Below are positions 50,773-62,954 of a DNA stretch of 64,000 nucleotides, piece by piece. The position numbers and the translations under genes are program-made. Location: the NCBI GenBank assembly GCA_002269645.1, contig NIVC01000994.1:1-64000 (forward strand), written 5' to 3'. This DNA comes from Macrostomum lignano (lineage: Eukaryota). The notes beneath the pieces were generated by a model. It saw nothing but the letters and a program-made list of their open reading frames with translations, was not told the origin of the DNA and made no database searches. How positions within the stretch are numbered: position 1 is the first letter of the stretch; each line of letters opens with the position of its first letter.

Positions 50773-52059
50773 ACAAACTGTTACGTCACGTGACTTCGTG
50801 GGCAAGGTTTTCCGCGCAGTCTACTGGAAATTTAAATGCTTTAAATACGAAAAACTGTCAAGAGCCAAATGTTGCAAATTCATCTTTATATATAGACAGC
50901 TCGTATATTTATCGTATCAGTAATAATTCCATCGCCTAAAGCCCATCTAAAGCGCGCGCTGTATCATCGAGAGAGCTGTTAAATAAAATTGATCCACTGA
51001 CTGACCAGCTCAGTCACCTCGGGGTGGGGGGGGGGGGTTATTTGACCCATCAGATACTCAATTAGCCGATTCTTCAAGTTTCGATCCCGCGGGGGGTGGC
51101 GCAGAGTTCGAGAAGTTTTGAGAGTTTTCAGAGTCGAGTAGGGGGGGGGCGAGTGTGTTGGAGCCCCGGGCAAGCGCGGAGGCGCGGCGAAAGTCTTAAT
51201 CGCAGTGCCGCCATCTCTCAGCTCTGTTTCACACTTGAAAGATTCCAGCTGCCGAATACCCAATATCCGTCATCAGAAATCTTCAGCCTGCAGCCATCGC
51301 CCGGGGCGTCCCAGATAGAAGCATTTTCGGGCACAATCGGCTCCTTGATTGTGGCACCGCCTGGCCTCAGACTGTCATTACCGAGGTCATTATCCACTTG
51401 AGAAACTTGAAAACTGGAAGGAGAAGAAGACTGGAAAAAGGGAACAGTATATTTTGATACACAAGCAATCCAAGGCCAGAGCTGAGCGCTAATTGAAGGC
51501 TGAAACAATGAGCTGGAAGAGTAGCAAAAAGTTGCAGCGTCTCTGCGCTCTGTCAAAAGTAATCAGCTTCTCTGCTGCATTGCCACCGCCTGCAGCCGCC
51601 ATTTTGCACAAGGTTTCAAGGTCTCCCTGGTCAATCCACCTCGCGCCAAGAGTGGATAGAAAGAATCTATAAAGCTTGCAAACAATGCATTGGAAACAAT
51701 ATTATTTCTGAGTTCTGAATAGCAATGCCCCCCCCCCCCACCCAATCTTCCTGCACCACGTCTGACCTGACAAAGTCAATTAGAATTCATGTTATAAATC
51801 AGTCATATTAAAGCTCGTACGAAGTGACTTGAAAAAGCATTTTTTTAGTCCATTGTGACATGAACGGTTTTCAGCTGTCTGAGCACAATTCACTGAGTTC
51901 TGACAGCTCAAAAGGTTTAAATTCACAGAGCCGGAATTTGCAGTTACCCTGCAGTATCCGACTCGCTAAATTTCAGTTTCATATACTCGTAGGTTCTAAT
52001 ATCCAGAGACCGAAACTTCAAAGGCCCAAAACTAAGAACACCTGAAACTGAAAACATCC

Positions 52060-52530
52060 AATACTCCAAAGACTCGAAACTCCAAAGATTCGAAACTACA
52101 AAGACTCGAAACTCCAAAGATTCGAAACTACAAAGACTCGAAACTACAAAGACTTGAAACTACAAAGACTCGAAACTAAAAGACTCAAAACTGCAAAGAC
52201 TCGAAACTACAAAGACTTGAAACTACAAAGACTCGAAACTACAAAGACTCGAAACTACAAAGACTTGAAACTACAAAGACTTGAAACTACAAAGACTTGA
52301 AACTACAAAGACTCGAAACTACTAAGACTAGAAACCCCAAAGACTTGAAACTACAAAGACTCGAAACTACAAAGACTTGAAACTACAAAGACTCGAAACT
52401 ACAAAGACCCGAAACTACAAAGACTCGAAACTCCAAAGACTTGAAACTACAAAGACTCGAAACTACTAAGACCCGAAACTACAAAGACTTGAAACTACAA
52501 AGACTCAAAACTACGAGTACAAAGACTCGA
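52060..52530. repeat. 16-bp array (GAAACTACAAAGACTC)n
   Basis: Direct reading. Confidence 0.93.
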
Positions 52531-53164
52531 ATCCGCACATGCACCCAAGACTATAAAGACCCGGAGCTTCAACCGTGAAGCTTCGGGAAGCCCTGCAGAG
52601 TAAAATAGAACTATTCGAATTCCCACGAATTCATCCCGTGACTAGAAATCGATAAATTCGCTAGGAGCCACCGCCAGCTATTCCTCTCCATGGCAACCTA
52701 AATTGCCAGACCGCTATTGTAATAAAGTCTGGTGAATTTCACAGACCACGCCCCCTCGCCCCCGCCTCTGTCAACCCGCCCACTCGCTATAATCAACCTT
52801 GCTGTTCGCCTGCACTAGGCAATGAAGCCATCCTTCTGACCCTATCAAGGTCGGGTTTCTTCCCAGTGCTTCCCAGCAACTTCCACGTTGCTTTGCAAAG
52901 ATCTCGAAGTTCTTTTTTTCCTGGACTAGTAGCTCGTATTACGCGTTGCGCTCCCCCCCCCTGTTTCAACTCTCCCAGCAACAACGAAAGGCTGCCACCT
53001 GATACGAAAATTATCAAGACAGAAATGGGTTACAGAATGGAAATTTTAAACTGTAATCTTTGGGTATTATTAAGAAACCGAAAATCTTTTTTAACGTTAC
53101 CCAATAAAGCGACTAACCAGGAGGGCAGGAAATTCTGTCTATGAGGCTCGATAAGAAGGTATTA

Positions 53165-53790
53165 TCGGCACCAACATTGTCATTGGCACCAAATGGGTGT
53201 CAGTGGCGCCAAATAGGTGTCATTGGCGCCAAATGGGTGTCAGTGGCGCCAAATGGGTATCAGTGGCGTCAAATGAGTGTCATTGGCGCCAAATGGGTAT
53301 CAGTGGCGTCAAATGAGTGTCAGTGGTGCCAAATGGGCGTCAGTGGCGCCAAATGGGTGTTAGTGGCGCCAAATAAGTGTCAGTGGCGCCAAATGGGCGT
53401 CAGTGGCGCCACATGGGTGTCATTGGCGCTAAATGAGTGTCATTGGCGCTAAATGAGTGTCATTGGCGCCAAATGGGTGTCATTGGCGCTAAATGAGTGT
53501 CAGTGGCGCCAAATGAGTGTCAGTGGCGCCAAATGGGTGTCAGTGGCGCCAAATGGATGTCAGTGGCGCCAAATGGGTATCATTGGCGTCAAATGGGTGT
53601 CAGTGGCGCCAAATGGGTGTCAGAATATGCTAGATGGCTGTCAGAAAGCGCAAAATTCGTGTCAGAATATGCTAGATGGCTGTCAGAAAGCGCAAAATTT
53701 GTGTCAGAATATGCTAGATGGCTGTCAGAAAGCGCAAAATTCGTGTCAGAATATGCGAGATGGCTGTCAGAAAGCGCAAAATTCGTGTCA
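53165..53790. repeat. 20-bp array (GTGGCGCCAAATGGGTGTCA)n followed directly by a 42-bp array (~4 copies)
   Basis: Switch at ~53620. The two units share GTGTCAG. Confidence 0.93.
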
Positions 53791-54887
53791 ACTACTCGAC
53801 TTTTTGAGGCTGTTATAAAACATCGAAAACTGCGACCCATATACCTTCACTAAGTGCTTGTCAGTCACGGTGAGAACTTTAAGTCCGGTTTCTATTTGGC
53901 CATCTCCATCGACTCTCTCCATGCCCACAATACTGAGCTTCATCTCAAATCAATGCTCAGTGTGGGACAAAATGATTTGCCAGCAAAATCAAGCATAAAT
54001 GACAGTCCCACAGTCCCACATCGGAGAGGCAATTGTCAACAATAAAAAGTTTTCAATACCGCGAAAATCGGCGGCACTGCTTTGACGGGAGCGTTTGACA
54101 GTTGGGGGGGGGTTCTGGGACTGGGCTAAGTGGGATGAATTCCTCAAGAATTAAAAATCCCCTAACAAAGCAACTTTCCTCTTTCTTTGACAGACGGACA
54201 GACAGACAGCGGGAAGCGGTTTCCCAAAAGGAAGCTGCCGGTCACCCCTCGCACAGATTGATATGCGGCAGACCGCCAGAGCCGCTTAAATAGAATTTTG
54301 GTCATATTGGCGTATTTAAAAAGAAGCATTTTTGAGTTTCAAATTGCCAGAATTAGGAGAGAGTGAAGACTGCATTGCGAGGAGTAGGATGAGTAAGTTG
54401 ATGAAGTCTGCTGCGGCTGGAAAGTCTTCCCCAAAACCCGGATTTTTTTCATCTTTTGGTGCCACAAAGTCGGCAAACTGCAACTCCTCTGCTTCTGCTC
54501 TCCAAATCTGAGATGGAGAGAGTTGGAGAGAGTAGTTAGGGTGGAGAAAGAGGCTTTGCCTCATCAGCTCATTGTGCTGTCACAATCAACTGTTGCCCTG
54601 TGGGCAGCTGGGGAGAACTGTAGATGGCTCTAACTACAACCGTGTCCATTTTTTCTGCTTCTATATAATATTTCCTCTACTTTTTCTGTGCGTAATAAGA
54701 CTGCATAGGCGACAAGACACTCGCGTCCTGAGTGGAGGACAAACTCTGTGTGCCATCCTGCATTGACAAGCTGTTGAGAGTGAGCTGGGGCTGCAGGCCA
54801 TTGAGAAGCCTTGCTAAAGCTTTTGTCTGTTTTGATGGCCTGCAGTAGTCCTGCTTGCAACCGCTTGGCTCGCTTTGGCGAGAATTC

Positions 54888-55972
54888 AACTGCAGATTGT
54901 AGACTGAGAACTGCAGATTGTACAGACTGAGAACTGCAGATTGTACAGACTGAGAACTGCAGATTGTACAGACTGAGAACTGCAGATTGTACAGGCTGAG
55001 AACTGCAGATTGTACAGGCTGAGAACTGCAGATTGTACAGACTGAGAACTGCAGATTGTACAGACTGAGAACTGCAGATTGTACAGAATGAGAACTGCAG
55101 ATTGTACAGACTGAGAACTGCAGATTGTACAGACTGAGAACTGCAGATTGTACAGACTGAGAACTGCAGATTGTACAGACTGAGAACTGCAGATTGTACA
55201 GACTGAGAACTGCAGATTGTACAGACTGAGAACTGCAGATTGTACAGACTGAGAACTGCAGATTGTACAGACTGAGAACTGCAGATTGTACAGACTGATA
55301 ACTGCAGATTGTACAGACTGAGAACTGCAGATTGTACAGACTGAGAACTGCAGATTGTACAGACTGAGAACTGAAGATTGTACAGACTGAGAACTGCTGA
55401 TTGTACAGACTAACTGCAGATTGTACAGACTGAGAACTGCAGATTGTACAGACTGAGAACTGCAGATTGTACAGACTGAGAACTGCAGATTGTACAGACT
55501 GAGAACTGCAGATTGTACAGACTGAGAACTGCAGATTGTACAGACTGAGAACTGCAGATTGTACAGACTGAGAACTGCAGATTGTACAGACTGAGAACTG
55601 CAGATTGTACAGACTGAGAACTGCAGATTGTACAGACTGAGAACTGAAGATTGTACAGACTGAGAACTGAAGATTGTACAGACTGATAACTGCAGATTGT
55701 ACAGACTGAGAACTGCAGATTGTACAGACTGAGAACTGCAGATTGTACAGACTGAGAACTGCAGATTGTACAGACTGAGAACTGCAGATTGTACAGACTG
55801 AGAACTGAAGATTGTACAGACTGAGAACTGAAGATTGTACAGACTGATAACTGCAGATTGTACAGACTGAGAACTGCAGATTGTACAGACTGAGAACTGC
55901 AGATTGTACAGACTGAGAACTGCAGATTGTACAGACTGAGAACTGCAGATTGTACAGACTGAGAACTGTAGA
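54888..55972. repeat. 23-bp array (ACTGCAGATTGTACAGACTGAGA)n
   Basis: Direct reading. Confidence 0.97.
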
Positions 55973-56789
55973 CTTTAAGCAGTATTTTACTAGTAGGCAG
56001 GTCAAAATGGTCCCACATCCTGCAATTGATGCTAGGCATGTGGTATAATAGCCCCTTCTGACTTTCATAAAATAAAGCACAAAGAGTGAGAGACTGCGAG
56101 AGAGATTTGAGCTCAATGTCGTAGAAAAAATTCCGACTGAATGTCGCTTTACTTGATTTCCGCCCAGCCCTTCAATATTCACCCCCCAGAGAGTCGCCGC
56201 CCATCCACCATGCAGTATGCGAGTCGAGCCCGCATCCTGAGCTGGGCTGATGACGAGCGCCATTCGCAACTTGCCAGAGATGGAGAGAGACGAGGTTCAA
56301 GAGGGACGCATTCAGACCCATTAGCAGTTTATTAGAATTAAACTTGACCCTCCCCCACTCTCTCCAAGGATTCCTCACTGCTCAGACAGGTGAAATACAA
56401 ATTAAATGAAGGTGTAAATTCAAGTAATATGCCAATGATATTAGGCTATCATTATTGTATCTCAGTATAGTGGGAGAGATGCGGGCACTTTCTAGAATTC
56501 TCTCTCTGACTCACTCAGATGTTCTAGAGGTCTGCTGTGTTTAGGTATGTAAAGTCTGCTTGGGTTATGGAGATGAGGGGCCTGAGAGCAACTGGACACA
56601 ACACAATGACTACCAAACTTTGATCATTCTCAGTAATTCGTTTTTTAAAAATGCTAACTGGCTAAGAAACAGGCTTAAAATAACGCCAGATTTCTGCGCC
56701 ATCTCCTTGCTCAAATCCACCCAATAATTTGATTGACTGATTTCTCACCTGCCAGCTGGCCACCTCCACCCACCCCACCATCGCACCTG

Positions 56790-56965
56790 TCAGCCCCCAG
56801 CCAATGAGTGCTCAGCCTTACAGCCAATGAGCTGTCGCCGCTGACGAGGCAGACGGCAACTCAGCGGGGCGCCAGGCGGTGAGCAGGGGATTGGGGCGGG
56901 TGGGGCAGCGGGCCACGGGGTTAAGAGGCTCGACATCCTCGAACTTCCTTTTAAAAAAATCTGTC
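56790..56965 (+). promoter_or_regulatory. Six3/6 proximal promoter: CCAAT boxes, GC box, TATA-like tract
   Basis: AGCCAATGAG at ~56799 and ~56822, GATTGGGGCGGG at ~56890, TTTTAAAAAA at ~56949. Confidence 0.55.
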
Positions 56966-57108
56966 GCTTATCCAAGCCCCAGAATCTTCTCCTCATCAGT
57001 TAGCCAAGTCTCTGTGGCAGCCGGAATACCCAGAAGAGCAGCGAACTGGATCAGCGCAGTCAGCAGCAGCAGCAGGCGTCGGCGTTGGCCGCCCTGTTCC
57101 ACGAGATC

Positions 57109-57818
57109 ATGCGAGAGCGGAAGCTGGCCGCCGTGGCTGCGGCAGCCGCTCCTGGAAGCAGCAATCCGTTTAGTCAGCTCATGGAGCAGCAACAGCCGCA
57201 GCCGCCGCCACCGCCGCCGCCCGCGATGCTTCTCCCGCCACCCCCGCCGCCGCCGCTACCGTCGCTGCAGTTCGGGCCGGAGCAGGTTGGCCGCGTCTGC
57301 GAGACCTTGGAAGAATCCGGCGACATCGACCGGCTGGGCCGCTTCCTCTGGTCGCTGCCGGCCAACCCGCTGCTGTGGGAGGCGCTGAACCGGCACGAGT
57401 CCGTGCTGCGGGCCCGCGCCATCGTGGCTTTCCACACCGGCAACTACAGGGAGATGTACCACCTCATGGAGATGCACCACTATGGCAAGGAGTTGCACGC
57501 CAAGCTGCAGGCCATGTGGCTGGAGGCGCACTACTTGGAGGCTGAGAAGCTCCGGGGCCGCTCGCTGGGCCCGGTGGACAAGTACCGGGTGCGGAAGAAG
57601 TACCCGATGCCCCGGACCATCTGGGACGGAGAGCAGAAGACGCACTGCTTCAAGGAGCGAACCAGAGGCTTGCTGCGCGAGTGGTACCTGCAGGACCCGT
57701 ACCCCAACCCGGCCAAGAAGAGGGAGCTGGCTGCGGCTACTGGCCTGACGCCCACCCAGGTGGGCAATTGGTTCAAGAACCGGCGACAGCGGGACCGGGC
57801 CGCCGCGGCTAAGAGCAG
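57109..57818 (+). CDS. six3/6: Six3/6 (Optix-class) SIX-domain homeobox transcription factor, exon 1
   Basis: SIX domain ([37 protein letters not shown]) plus homeodomain with the diagnostic QKTH tetrapeptide and [15 protein letters not shown]. Donor AG|GTGAGC at 57818/57819, phase 2. Confidence 0.96.
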
Positions 57819-57854
57819 GTGAGCTGACCAGTTATAGCGGTTGCTATGTGCTTG

Positions 57855-58638
57855 GGATCTGAGGGATCTCAGCTTGGGGTCTGACGGATCTCAGCCTGGG
57901 GTCTGAGGGATCTCAGCTTGGGGTCTGAGGGATCTCAGCCTGGGGTCTGAGGGATCTCAGCTTGGGGTCTGAGGGATCTCAGCCTATGGTCTGAGGGATC
58001 TCAGCCTATGGTCTGAGGGATCTCAGCTTGGGGTCTGAGGGATCTCAGCTTGGGGTCTGAGGGATCTCAGCTTGGGGTCTGAGGGATCTCAGCTTGGGGT
58101 CTGAGGGATCTCAGTTTGGGTCTGGGGGATCTCAGCTTGGGGTCTGAGGGATCTCAGCTTGGGTCTGGGGGATCTCAATTTCAGGTCTGGGGGATCTCAG
58201 CTTCAGGCCTGAGGGATTTCAGCTTCAGGTCTGGGGGATCTCAGCTTCAGGTCTGGGGGATCTCAGCTTCAGGTCTGGGGGATCTCAGCTTCAGGTCTGA
58301 GGGATTTCAGCTTCAGGTCTGGGGGATCTCAGCTTCAGGTCTGGGGGATTTCAGCTTCAGGTCTGGTGGGATCTCAGCTTCAGGTCTGGGGGATTTCAGC
58401 TTCAGGTCTGGTGGGATCTCAGCTTCAGGTCTGGTGGGATCTCAGCTTCAGGTCTGGGGGATCTCAGCTTCAGGTCTGGGGGATCTCAGCTTCAGGTCTG
58501 GGGGATCTCAGCTTCAGGTCTGGTGGGATCTCAGCTTCAGGTCTGGTGGGATCTCAGCTTCAGGTCTGGTGGGATCTCAGCTTCAGGTCTGGGGGATCTC
58601 AGCTTCAGGTCTGAGGGATTTCAGCTTCAGGTCTGGGG
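57855..58638. repeat. 21-22-bp array (GGGATCTCAGCTTGGGGTCTGA grading to ..CTTCAGGTCTG), Six3/6 intron next to the donor
   Basis: Direct reading. Confidence 0.95.
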
Positions 58639-60057
58639 AATTCGGGTTTCGCTACTAAAGGGGTGTCGTTCAGATTGTTTCGATTTAAAGGATGCCATTT
58701 TTTCGGATTTGAGGATCGTCCCAAGGGAAAAGATTTTTGGGAACTATGAAACAGCATTTAAAATATGAAATGTGGGATTTTGAAATTAGATCAGGAAGAT
58801 AATCTATTCTTTCAGAGCAGGCACCAGTTTGTCGGGCGCGTGTCTCAGACCTTGGCTCCAATATAGCTGCGCAGTTGTTGTGTCAAGACGGCACCAGAAC
58901 TGCTGCAAATTGGTCTTCTCTCTTTTCCTTCACAATTCACTCATTCAATTCACTCACACATTCACTCGCCAACACGCTGGCTGTCTATCCAATGCTCTCA
59001 ACTCTTGGGGGATCTTGCCACACGACAGCGGGGGCCAACTGATTCTGGAGCACAATTGCTTGTCGGCGCCACAGAGTCTGCGCCGCCTCATCACTCCCAG
59101 TCTCCTACTCCGCCTCATCTGGGCAGTGCCGCCATGTCAGTATATATCTCAAGTGGGCCTCCGACCCACAACCACCCCCAAGTGCCGGGCGCAGGTCTAT
59201 TACCATTTTTTGCTGCTTCTAGCAGACAGAGGTGAGGGAGGGAACACCAAGAATAATCCACTTCTGTCTCCTTTCATGAAGGACTCATTTCTGTGTGCGT
59301 GTTTTTTTAGTCCGGGCCCTCACCGCGAGCCAAATCTGCTCAGTGGGGGGCCCTCAGCTTGAAGGGGGGTGTTGGTGGTTAGTTTAACAACATCTAATAT
59401 ACTGGCGATCATTGGTCTCAATGCAGCATCAAGTGATGATTGTTCACCGGCCTCGCTACCAGATGATGATGAAGAGAGGATAGATTTAGATTGAGAGGCA
59501 TAAAAGCCCAAACAGAGAATGCTGGTGACGGCCCATTGTCTTGCGAGAGATGAGAGAGAATTAGAAACAGATGATGGAAATTCCTGGCTAGCGTTAATGA
59601 CCCTAATTGACTGGAGAGCTGGGCATTGAGTGCGAGTTTATGACGCGGGGGACAGGCTGTCAGTCACGGGCCTCCCGCTGAGCAATGTTGTGAGGCAAAG
59701 TGCTACACAGCTACACACGCATAGATATGTAATCATTGTAGAGCATAATTGTTGAGTACGGTAGTTGCAATCTGATGCCGCAGCGGGGTTGCCAATCCGG
59801 CCCACCGTCCGCTCCGTGTCTAACACGAAAGCTGACTTGTTTAACACCAGCTGTAATTAAGATTCTAGTTTTTGCAAAGCCAAGGCATTGTGAAACAACT
59901 TTTCAAGCAAAGCTGCTTTGGGGTTCTTCACTTCAAAGTTTTCTCAAGTTTCTTCTTTGAGAACCAAAATCTGGCGCTTTGAATTTGAGATTAGGACTCA
60001 GCAGAAGGCGTTGATTTTTATTGACAAAGAGGCGGCAGGGGTGGATGCGCAGCGGGG

Positions 60058-60905
60058 GGGATAGAGAGTGGATTCGCGGATGTGAGGGCCGGATAGAGAG
60101 CGGATTTGTGAATGTGGTGAGCGGATAGAGAGCGGATATGTGAATGTGGTGAGCGGATAGAGAGCGGATATGTGAATGTGGGGAGCGGATAGAGAGCGGA
60201 TTTGTGAATGTGGGGAGCGGATAGAGAGCGGGTTTGTGAATTTGGGGAGCGGATAGAGAGCGGGTTTGTGATGTGAGGGGCGGATAGAGAGCGGATTTCT
60301 GATGTGAGGGGCGGATATAGAGCGGATTCGCGGATGTGAAGGGCGGATAGAGAGCGGATTCGCGGATGTGAGGGGCGGATAGAGAGCGGGTTTGTGAATG
60401 TGGTGAGCGGATAGAGAGCGGGTTTGTGAATGTGGTGAGCGGATAGAGAGCGGGTTTGTGAATGTGGTGAGCGGATAGAGAGCGGGTTTGTGAATTTGGT
60501 GAGCGGATAGAGAGCGGGTTTGTGAATTTGGTGAGCGGATAGAGAGCGGGTTTGTGAATTTGGTGAGCGGATAGAGAGCGGGTTTGTGAATGTGGTGAGC
60601 GGATAGAGAGCGGGTTTGTGAATTTGGTGAGCGGATAGAGAGCGGGTTTGTGAATGTGGTGAGCGGATAGAGAGCGGGTTTGTGAATTTGGTGAGCGGAT
60701 AGAGAGCGGGTTTGTGAATTTGGTGAGCGGATAGAGAGCGGGTTTGTGAATTTGGTGAGCGGATAGAGAGCGGGTTTGTGAATTTGGTGAGCGGATAGAG
60801 AGCGGGTTTGTGAATTTGGTGAGCGGATAGAGAGCGGGTTTGTGAATGTGGTGAGCGGATAGAGAGCGGGTTTGTGAATTTGGTGAGCGGATAGAGAGTG
60901 GGTTA
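60058..60905. repeat. 32-bp array (GAGCGGATAGAGAGCGGGTTTGTGAATTTGGT)n, Six3/6 intron
   Basis: Direct reading. Confidence 0.95.
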
Positions 60906-61599
60906 GCGGAGGACCCGACGGCAGCAATTGCATATAGAGAACAATGAGCACTAGTTAGAGCTAAATAGGGACTGAGCAAGCGGGAAGGCAGGACAAGAAC
61001 ACACAGGAAGCCGCAGCTGATCAATGTCGAGTCAAAACAAGCCAGAAAAGCTCTGGCCAACCCCCAAGCAGGGGGTGCAGACGCAGGCACTGAGGGGGGG
61101 GGAGTCAAAGACCTACCTGACAACAGGATCCATGTCTCAAAAAAGTGATACTGCACCAAATAATGCTTTTTTCTCCCTAACACCACTGACGCCTCTTCCA
61201 GTCTCTCCCGGGCTCTTCATCTCCTCCCGCTCATTGAGGGTCACTTCCCTTCTCTCTTTCTGGCATATTTCTACAATAACTCCACCCTCAGAGACTTCCT
61301 CACAGCGGGACCCCCCAAAAAGGCGGATCTTTGCGTGTCTAACAGTCTAAGCTATCCGCTATTGTTCAGCTTTTTTTCCCAATGCTATCTCCCCTGCATC
61401 AGCCGCGCCAGCCTCTTTCTCACCCGTGTAGTGCGGAGTCGGATTACCGAAAATCTTTTCCCGCGCGCAGCTGTTCAAGGCTGATCCTCAGGGCTGTGGA
61501 AGCCATGCTTTATTAAATACTGCTGTAGGCTTTTTTCCTGGGTTTCAAAAAATCAACTGGGAAAATGTGCTAACCCGTGACTGAACTTGAGAATAAATC

Positions 61600-62292
61600 C
61601 TCAAAATATCATCATCTTCCCAAGAATCTCACCGACTTCCCAAGATTTCATCATCTTCCCAAGAATCTCACCGACTCCAAAAGAATCTCACTATCTTCCC
61701 AAGAATCTCACCGACTTCCCAAGAATCTCACCGACTTCCCAAGAATCTCACTATCTTCCTAAGAATCTCACTGACTTCCCAAGAATCTCACTGACTTCCC
61801 AAGAATCTCACCGACTCCCCAAGAATCTCACCGATTTCCCAAGATATCATCATCTTCCCAAGAATCTCACCGACTCCCCAAGAATCTCACTATCTTCCCA
61901 AGAATCTCACCGACTTCCTAAGAATCTCACTGACTTCCCAAGAATCTCACCGACTCCTCAAGAATCTCACTGACTCCCCAAGAATCTCACGGACTCTCCA
62001 AGAATCTCACTGACTCCCCAAGAATCTTACCGACTCTCCAAGAATCTCACTGACTCCCCAAGAATCTCACTGACTCCCTATTAATCTCACTGACTCCCCA
62101 AGAATCTCACTGACTTCCCAAGAATCTCACTGACTCCCCAAGAATCTCACTGACTCCCCAAGAATCTCACTGACTCCCCAAGAATCTCACTGACTCCCCA
62201 AGAATCTCACTGACTCCCCAAGAATCTCACCGACTCCCCAAGAATCTCACCGACTCCAGAAAAATCTCACCGACTCCAGAAGAATCTCACCC
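61600..62292. repeat. 20-bp array (TTCCCAAGAATCTCACYGAC)n, Six3/6 intron near the acceptor
   Basis: Direct reading. Confidence 0.94.
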
Positions 62293-62368
62293 CTTCCTCG
62301 AAGCGACATCTTGAAAAAACCTCACCAAGTCAAACCCGAACGCCCACCACCATCACAACAATTCCAAG

Positions 62369-62696
62369 GGTGCACAACTTGTCAGACTCGAACTGCGAGG
62401 GTCCGTCCAAGTCGGACGACGAAGAATTCTACGACGTGGTGGACGACGTCGATGTCGACGATGACGGATTCGGCGAGGCGGACGGCGTGGACAGCTGGCT
62501 GGACGTGGAGTCAGACGGCGACGACGAGATAAAGGTCGCATCGGACTGCCGCGGTCAGCAGCAGCGGCCGATCGACTGCTCGTTGAAGCGAAGGCACAGC
62601 CGGGATTCGACGGAAGCAGACGAGGCTCCGAGTACGTCGGTGAGTCGCAAGCGCAGCCGCCCACATGAGGGATTTAAAGCCATTCGCAACAACTGA
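62369..62696 (+). CDS. six3/6: Probable Six3/6 last exon (acidic C-terminus)
   Basis: Acceptor TTCCAAG 62368 is phase-2 compatible, giving AAAKSR-VHNLSDSNCEGPSKSDDEEFYDVVDD... Coding-like GC content. Stop TGA at 62694-62696. Total 345 aa. Confidence 0.6.
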
Positions 62697-62954
62697 CCGG
62701 CGTGCGATGCACATCGCCACGGGTGGACGAGAAACTAGTCAACTGGACACCGCGTCATCAAGGTCATCTACTTTAACCGCGACTGATTAGTTTAAAAAGA
62801 TTGTGTTGTTTTTCTTAATTTGTCTCTCAGATTTTGTTTCACTTTTGTTTGGCTTTTGTAATTTTTGCTTTTCTATTGAATCCACCTCGTTTTCTATTCA
62901 GTAGACAGTGATGTTTCTGCTAATTTGTATGGTAGAAAATTTTATACTATCTGC

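Noticed and set aside
54677-56269. 530-aa minus-strand ORF
   Set aside because: Mostly a 23-bp array translation with no recognisable domain in the unique ends.
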